A model generated the notes under the pieces. The model was not told the DNA's origin. It did not search any database and saw only the letters and a program-made list of their open reading frames with translations. Both the position numbers and the translations under genes were made by a program. Below are positions 27,125-32,000 of a DNA stretch of 32,000 bases, one piece after another (within the stretch, counting starts at the first letter, position 1; the number at the start of each line of letters is the position of its first letter). Source of the DNA: Delftia acidovorans NBRC 14950 (lineage in GTDB: Bacteria; Pseudomonadota; Gammaproteobacteria; Burkholderiales; Burkholderiaceae_C); the NCBI RefSeq assembly GCF_001598795.1, contig NZ_BCZP01000006.1:210001-242000 (forward strand), read 5' to 3'.

Positions 27125-27814
27125 ATGAGCCGCTCCGCCCGGCTGCTGCAGCTGATCGACCTGCTGCGCCGCGCGCGCCTGCCCCAGGCCGGGCCGGTGC
27201 TGGCCCGGCAGCTGGACGTGAGCCTGCGCACCCTGTACCGCGACATTGCCACCCTGCGCGAACAGGGTGCAGCGATTGCGGGCGACCCGGGCGTGGGCTA
27301 TGAGATGCGGCCCGGCTTTCTGCTGCCGCCGCTGATGTTCACGCCCGATGAGCTGGAAGCCCTGCTGCTGGGCGCGCGCTGGGCCAGCCGCCAGGCCGAC
27401 CCCGAGCTCGCCCAGGCCGCCACCGCCGCGCTGGACCGCATACGCAGCGCGCTGCCGCTGGAGCTGCGCATCGAGGTGGACACCAGCGGCCTGCTGGTGC
27501 CGCCCATCTGCCACGAATCCGTGACCGAGCCCTGGCAGACCGCGCTGCGCCTGGCGATACGGCGCCAGCACCGGGTGCTGCTGCACTACACGGATGAGAA
27601 GGGCCAGCCGACCGAGCGCCAGATCTGGCCTTTTGCCATGGCTTTCTTCGATCAGCGGCGCATTCTTGCGGCCTGGTGCGAACTGCGCCAGGACTTCCGC
27701 CATTTCCGCGCCGACCGCGTGCGCTCCGTCACCGATCTGCAGGAACGCTATCCCGACCACCGCAGCGGCCTGATCGAACGCTGGTCGCGGCAACTGGGCT
27801 ACACGGTCCGCTGA
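27125..27814 (+). CDS. YafY-family transcriptional regulator (HTH + WYL domain)
   Basis: ORF 27062..27814 trimmed to the ATG at 27125, 4 nt after the LLM stop. It has an N-terminal HTH (RLLQLIDLLRR......LARQLDVSLRTLYRDIATLREQG) and a C-terminal WYL-type region (VLLHYTDEKGQPTERQIWPFAMAF). Confidence 0.85.
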   Translation: MSRSARLLQLIDLLRRARLPQAGPVLARQLDVSLRTLYRDIATLREQGAAIAGDPGVGYEMRPGFLLPPLMFTPDELEALLLGARWASRQADPELAQAATAALDRIRSALPLELRIEVDTSGLLVPPICHESVTEPWQTALRLAIRRQHRVLLHYTDEKGQPTERQIWPFAMAFFDQRRILAAWCELRQDFRHFRADRVRSVTDLQERYPDHRSGLIERWSRQLGYTVR

Positions 27815-27821
27815 CACCACT

Positions 27822-27840
27822 GCTGACAAAAACTGTCAGC
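27822..27840. promoter_or_regulatory. 7-5-7 inverted repeat between yafY and the GST gene
   Basis: GCTGACA-aaaac-TGTCAGC begins 8 nt after the yafY stop and ends 62 nt before the GST ATG. No T-run follows. It could be a weak terminator or an operator. Confidence 0.3.
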
Positions 27841-27902
27841 ATGACCTCCTACAGTCGCTCCCATGGCCTTCTCGCCATGCATTCAAACCACTGGGAGCCT
27901 TC

Positions 27903-28547
27903 ATGAACGACTCGATCAAGCCTCTGCGCTTTTACTTCCACCCCCGCTCGCGCGCCGTCATCGCGCGCTGGATGCTGGAGGAATGCGGCGCCCGCTATGA
28001 GCCCGTGCGGCTGGAATACGGCAGCACCATGAAGGCTGCCGACTACCTGGCCATCAACCCCATGGGCAAGGTCCCCGCCCTGGTGCACGGCGAGACCGTG
28101 ATCACCGAACAGGCCGCCATCCTTGCCTATCTGGCCGACATCTTCCCCGAACGAAGGCTCGCGCCGGCCGTGGACAGCCCGCTGCGCGGCGTCTACCACC
28201 GCTGGATGTTCTTCCTGGCCGGCCCCGTCGACGCCTTGATGACTGCCAAGAGCCAGGGCCACCTGGAGCAGCAGACGGCCGACCAGGCCATGTCCGCCGG
28301 CTATGGCCGCTATGACGACGTGGTGCAGACGCTGCGCCAGGCCGTGGCCGGCAGGCGCTACCTGTGCGGCGACCAGTTCACCGCCGCCGACGTGCTCATG
28401 GCCAGCTACCTGCGCTGGGGCACGATGATGAAGCTGCTGCCCGCGCTGCCCGAGTTCAGCGACTACGGCCAGCCGCTGATGGAACGCCCGGCCTCGCTGC
28501 GCTCCATCCAGCTCAACGAAGCGGACCTGGCCGCCCAGCCGGCATAG
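27903..28547 (+). CDS. Glutathione S-transferase family protein
   Basis: 214-aa ORF. It has an N-terminal thioredoxin-like GST fold (YLAINPMGKVPALVHGETVITEQAAILAYLAD) and a helical C-terminal domain. Confidence 0.85.
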   Translation: MNDSIKPLRFYFHPRSRAVIARWMLEECGARYEPVRLEYGSTMKAADYLAINPMGKVPALVHGETVITEQAAILAYLADIFPERRLAPAVDSPLRGVYHRWMFFLAGPVDALMTAKSQGHLEQQTADQAMSAGYGRYDDVVQTLRQAVAGRRYLCGDQFTAADVLMASYLRWGTMMKLLPALPEFSDYGQPLMERPASLRSIQLNEADLAAQPA

Positions 28548-28690
28548 GCACCTCCGGGACCTGGGGACGAGGCCCGAGACGGCCTCGCCATCCAGCCGTC
28601 ACCGGCAGCGGCTACCATCGGGGGTTGGATCGCCGCCTGGCGTTTCCTGAACGCCATCCCTTTCCCAGCCCTTCCCGACTCCCGCCGCGC

Positions 28691-29917
28691 ATGCCTGCCT
28701 TTTCCTTCGAAGCCCTGGATGCACAAGGTCAGACCCGCAAGGGCACGATCGAAGCCGACAACGCGCGCGCCGCGCGCAGCCAGCTGCGGGCCCAGGCCCT
28801 GGTGCCCATGGCCGTGGAGATCGTGGCCTCGGGTTCTGCGTCCGGCCCGCAGGGCGGCGCCTCGCGCTGGCTGACCCGTCCCGTCCTTGGCTCCACGGGG
28901 CTGACCGTTTGGACGCGCCAGATGGCGGGGCTGGTCGGGTCAGGCCTGCCCATAGAGCGCGCCCTGGCCGCCCTGTCCGAAGAAGCCGACGACCCGCGCC
29001 AGCACCACCTCGTGGCCGCGCTGCGCGCCGAGGTCAACGCAGGCTCCACCTTTGCCCGTGCCCTGGCCCAGCACCCGCGCGAGTTCTCCGACATCTACTG
29101 CGCCGTGATCGGCGCCGGCGAGGCCAGCGGCAGCCTGGGCCCGGTACTGGAGCGGCTGGCCGACGACCTGGAATCGCGCCAGGCCCTGCAGTCCAAGCTC
29201 ATTGGCGCAGCCCTGTACCCGGCCATCGTGACCCTGGTGGCCATCGTCATCGTGCTGTTCCTGGTCAGCTACGTGGTGCCCCAGGTGGCCAGCGTGTTCG
29301 CCGGCACCAAGCGCGCCCTGCCCTGGCTCACCGTGGCCATGCTGGCGCTCAGCGACTTTGTCCGCAGCTATGGCTGGGCCGCGCTGATCGCCCTGGTGCT
29401 GGGCGCCGTGGGATTCCGGCTGTCCATGAAGAATCCCGTGCTGCGCGAGCGCTTCGACGCCTGGTGGCTGCGCCTGCCGCTGATCGGCCGGCTGGCGCGC
29501 AACTACAACGCGGCACGCTTTGCCGGCACGCTGGCCATGCTGGCGGGTGCGGGCGTGCCCATTCTCAAGGCCTTGCAGGCCGCCGCCGAAACGCTGGGCA
29601 ACCGCGCGCTGCGCGCCGATGCCATGGACGCGCTGGCCCTGGTGCGCGAGGGCGCGCCGCTGGCCTCGGCCCTGGCGCAGAAAAAGCGCTTCCCGGGCCT
29701 GATCTCCATGTTTGCCCGCCTGGGCGAGCAGACCGGCCAGCTGCCCGTGATGCTGCAGCGCGCGGCCAACCAGCTGTCCACCGAGGTGCAGCGCCGTGCC
29801 ATGCACCTGGCCACCATCCTGGAGCCGCTGCTGATCGTGGCCATGGGCATGGTCGTGGCCCTGATCGTGCTGGCCGTGCTCATGCCCATCATCCAACTCA
29901 ACCAGTTCGTCAAATAG
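28691..29917 (+). CDS. gspF: T2SS inner-membrane platform protein GspF
   Basis: ORF 28364..29917 trimmed to the ATG at 28691. The N-terminus MPAFSFEALDAQGQTRKGTIEADNARAARSQLRAQALVP, two GspF repeats, three TM segments and ~408 aa are all typical of GspF. Confidence 0.92.
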   Translation: MPAFSFEALDAQGQTRKGTIEADNARAARSQLRAQALVPMAVEIVASGSASGPQGGASRWLTRPVLGSTGLTVWTRQMAGLVGSGLPIERALAALSEEADDPRQHHLVAALRAEVNAGSTFARALAQHPREFSDIYCAVIGAGEASGSLGPVLERLADDLESRQALQSKLIGAALYPAIVTLVAIVIVLFLVSYVVPQVASVFAGTKRALPWLTVAMLALSDFVRSYGWAALIALVLGAVGFRLSMKNPVLRERFDAWWLRLPLIGRLARNYNAARFAGTLAMLAGAGVPILKALQAAAETLGNRALRADAMDALALVREGAPLASALAQKKRFPGLISMFARLGEQTGQLPVMLQRAANQLSTEVQRRAMHLATILEPLLIVAMGMVVALIVLAVLMPIIQLNQFVK

Positions 29918-29933
29918 CGAAAAGCGCCAAGCC

Positions 29934-30854
29934 ATGCCCGTGACCCTGCAAGACAAGCTGGTCGTCGCCATCTCCTCGCGGGCGCTGTTCGACTTCGAGG
30001 AGGAGAACCGGCTGTTCGACGCCGGTGACGAGCAGGCCTACATGCGCCGCCAGCTGGATCTGGTGCACCAGCCCGCACGCCCGGGCATCGCCTTCCCGCT
30101 GGTGCGCAAGCTGCTGGCCTTCAATACGCCCGAAGTGCAGCGCGTGGAGGTGATGATGCTGTCGCGCAACGACCCGGCCAGCGGCATGCGGGTCTTTGCC
30201 TCGGCCAAGGCGGCCGACATGCACATAGAGCGCGGCGTGTTCACGCGCGGGCGCGATCCGTTTTCCTACCTGCGGCCACTGGGCGCCCACCTGTTTCTCT
30301 CGGCCAATGAAGTCGATGTGCGCAGGGCGCTGTCCATCGGCTTTCCTGCCGCGCGCGTGATGGTCGACTCCACGCCCGCAGGCGACCGCTACCCGCAGGA
30401 GGTGCGCATTGCCTTCGACGGCGATGCCGTGCTGTTCTCCGACGAGGCCGAACGCGTCTACCAGCAAGGCGGGCTGCCGGCCTTTCTGCGCCACGAGGTC
30501 TCCCATGCCGCCACGCCGCTGGCGGAAGGGCCGTTCAAGCCGCTGCTGGTGGCGCTGCACCGGCTGCAGCAGCAGGCGGACTCGTCCCAGACCATGCGCA
30601 TTCGCACGGCCCTGGTGACGGCGCGCAGCGCACCGGCGCACGAGCGTGCCATCCGCACGCTGCTGGAATGGGGCATTGCGGTGGACGAGGCCATGTTCCT
30701 CGGCGGCCTGGAAAAGGGCCCGTTCCTGCGCGAGTTCGAGCCGGACTTCTTCTTCGACGACCAGACCGGCCACGTCAACTCGGCCGCGCGCCATGTGCCG
30801 GCAGGCCATGTGAGCAGCGGCATCTCCAATCCGGACGCCGATCCGCCGAAGTAA
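29934..30854 (+). CDS. 5'-nucleotidase family protein (PF06189-type, cN-IA-like)
   Basis: 306-aa ORF starting 16 nt after the gspF stop. The N-terminus LVVAISSRALFDFEEENRLF...AY and the motifs IAFDGDAVLFSDEAERVY, RTALVTARSAP and FFFDDQ fit the bacterial 5'-nucleotidase family as I recall it. Confidence 0.7.
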   Translation: MPVTLQDKLVVAISSRALFDFEEENRLFDAGDEQAYMRRQLDLVHQPARPGIAFPLVRKLLAFNTPEVQRVEVMMLSRNDPASGMRVFASAKAADMHIERGVFTRGRDPFSYLRPLGAHLFLSANEVDVRRALSIGFPAARVMVDSTPAGDRYPQEVRIAFDGDAVLFSDEAERVYQQGGLPAFLRHEVSHAATPLAEGPFKPLLVALHRLQQQADSSQTMRIRTALVTARSAPAHERAIRTLLEWGIAVDEAMFLGGLEKGPFLREFEPDFFFDDQTGHVNSAARHVPAGHVSSGISNPDADPPK

Positions 30855-30931
30855 ACAATTGCAAAGGGCGGGCGGGCCGTGCTTGCAAATGCCGGTTCCG
30901 TGCCCAAATAAAGCCAATGCATTTTCCCCTC

Positions 30932-31381
30932 ATGAACCGCTCTGCCCTGCTGCGCCGGCCACCGCTGCTGCAGGCCGCCGTCGTCGTGCTGCTGACCAGC
31001 GCCTTCATGCTGCCCGCCGCGCGCGCGCAGGCGGCAGAAAACGCAGCCACCGAGCAGGCAACGGCCAGCCCGGCGCCGATGACCAAGGGGGAGATAAAGG
31101 CCCAGCGCGAATTCAAGATGCTGGACTTCAACAAGGACGGCAAGCTCAGCCGTGCCGAAGTGGCGCTGTTCCCGCGCCTGTCGGCAGCCTTCGACGAGGC
31201 CGACACCGACAAGGACGGATACGTCTCCTATGCGGAAGTGCAGGCCTTTGCCGTCAAGTACCGCGCCGAGCGCGACAAGGCAAAGGCCAAGGCGCGGGCC
31301 GAAGAGGCAAAGGCCGCCGAGCATGCGGCAGCAGCACCGGCAGCCAGGGACAAGAAGGAAGGCGAAGGCTCAAAGGACTGA
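30932..31381 (+). CDS. Secreted EF-hand calcium-binding protein
   Basis: Signal peptide MNRSALLRRPPLLQAAVVVLLTSAFMLPAARA|QA. Two canonical EF loops are present: DFNKDGKLSRAE and DTDKDGYVSYAE. The tail is Lys/Ala/Glu-rich. An alternative ATG lies 15 nt upstream at 30917. Confidence 0.8.
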   Translation: MNRSALLRRPPLLQAAVVVLLTSAFMLPAARAQAAENAATEQATASPAPMTKGEIKAQREFKMLDFNKDGKLSRAEVALFPRLSAAFDEADTDKDGYVSYAEVQAFAVKYRAERDKAKAKARAEEAKAAEHAAAAPAARDKKEGEGSKD

Positions 31382-31405
31382 GCCTTCTTGCCCGGCCCCT
31401 GACAC

Positions 31406-31840
31406 TCAAAGACCGCCGGTACGCTTGACCTTGGGTTCCGAATAGGTCAACGGTTCGTCGCGCACCTGCATCTTGTTGCGGGCCACATCGTCGGCCTTGC
31501 TGACCTCCTGGGCCTGCTCCACCGCCATGGCGCTGGCACGCCACATGGACTGGATGAACTCGATGAGCTGCTTGGAGATCGGCTCCTTGGGCGGCTCCTC
31601 GACCTCTTCCTTCTGCTTGATCTCTTCGGCCAGCGTCCAGTCGCGGTTTTCCTGGTCCACCACGGACGGCTTTTCAGGATCGCGCACCACCCGGCCCTCG
31701 CCGATGCGGTCCGTGGATTCGACGGCGTTGGTGGCGTTCACAGGACGCACGGGCACCGCGCCCGACGCACCGGTGGAGTACAGATCGGCGCTTTGCGGGC
31801 GCCACGGTATGGGTGATCGGTCAACAGGTGGAATTGGCAT
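31406..31840 (-). CDS. Hypothetical acidic protein, no family recognised
   Basis: 144-aa ORF with a good SD (AAGAGGG 7 nt upstream of the ATG) and G/C third-position bias. It has a Pro-rich N-terminus, a KQKEEVEEPPKEP acidic core and a predicted C-terminal helix (LIEFIQSMWRASAMAVEQAQE). The overlapping plus-strand ORF 31473..31937 is Ser/Cys/Trp-rich and looks like the shadow frame. Confidence 0.6.
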   Translation of the reverse strand: MPIPPVDRSPIPWRPQSADLYSTGASGAVPVRPVNATNAVESTDRIGEGRVVRDPEKPSVVDQENRDWTLAEEIKQKEEVEEPPKEPISKQLIEFIQSMWRASAMAVEQAQEVSKADDVARNKMQVRDEPLTYSEPKVKRTGGL

Positions 31841-31871
31841 GGCTCGACCCTCTTGCTGGATGTGTGCTGTG

Positions 31872-31888
31872 GGCGGGAATTTCCCGCC
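31872..31888. promoter_or_regulatory. Perfect 8-1-8 palindrome upstream of the 144-aa gene
   Basis: GGCGGGAA-t-TTCCCGCC lies 32-48 nt upstream of the ATG at 31840. Confidence 0.35.
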
Positions 31889-32000
31889 GTCGCCTCATCA
31901 TCGACAGAAGCTGAAAGAACTGAAGCGCTTTTTTTGAAAGACGCTTCGACCTGCCTCAAACCAAGGGTAAACCCTTTATTCGCCCCGACCAGGCGCTAGA

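Noticed and set aside
31890-31925. Sigma-28-like -10 element (GTCGATGA on the minus strand) upstream of the 144-aa gene
   Set aside because: The nearest TAAA-like -35 is ~22 nt away instead of ~15, and no flagellar genes are visible in the window. This is not enough to call a FliA promoter.

Overview
High-GC betaproteobacterial chromosome, Comamonadaceae-like. The 351-aa porin at 9767..10822, with a 19-aa signal and a 332-aa mature chain, looks like Omp32 of Delftia (Comamonas) acidovorans. This identification is from memory and was not searched. About 36 genes can be supported. Left third: a GltI-like amino-acid binding protein, a tal-pgi operon with divergent hexR, an orphan KAS II gene with a divergent TetR regulator, an M20 amidohydrolase and two tandem porins. 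Middle: coq7, osmC, ilvA and cobS-cobC. Right half: a type II secretion (T2SS/Gsp) locus ordered gspC(-) | gspG-H-I-J-K-L-M-N-D-E(+). A 3-kb four-gene block (small membrane protein, LLM oxidoreductase, YafY/WYL regulator, GST) follows, and only then gspF. After gspF come a PF06189-type 5'-nucleotidase, a secreted EF-hand protein and an uncharacterised acidic 144-aa protein. I found no tRNA/rRNA, CRISPR array, IS/transposase/integrase, prophage genes or recognisable defence system, so most of the window reads as core genome. Four observations deserve a second look, and none is a demonstrated novel system. (1) An orphan promoter-terminator unit in the lower-GC osmC-ilvA spacer would give a ~145-nt sRNA carrying tandem CCUCC anti-Shine-Dalgarno motifs. 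(2) GspE has no cysteines and lacks the tetracysteine Zn subdomain. (3) The T2SS operon is split between gspE and gspF. (4) The 144-aa unknown protein has a perfect palindrome upstream. Many long ORFs in the six-frame track are antisense shadows of real genes, typical of high-GC DNA, and were rejected.
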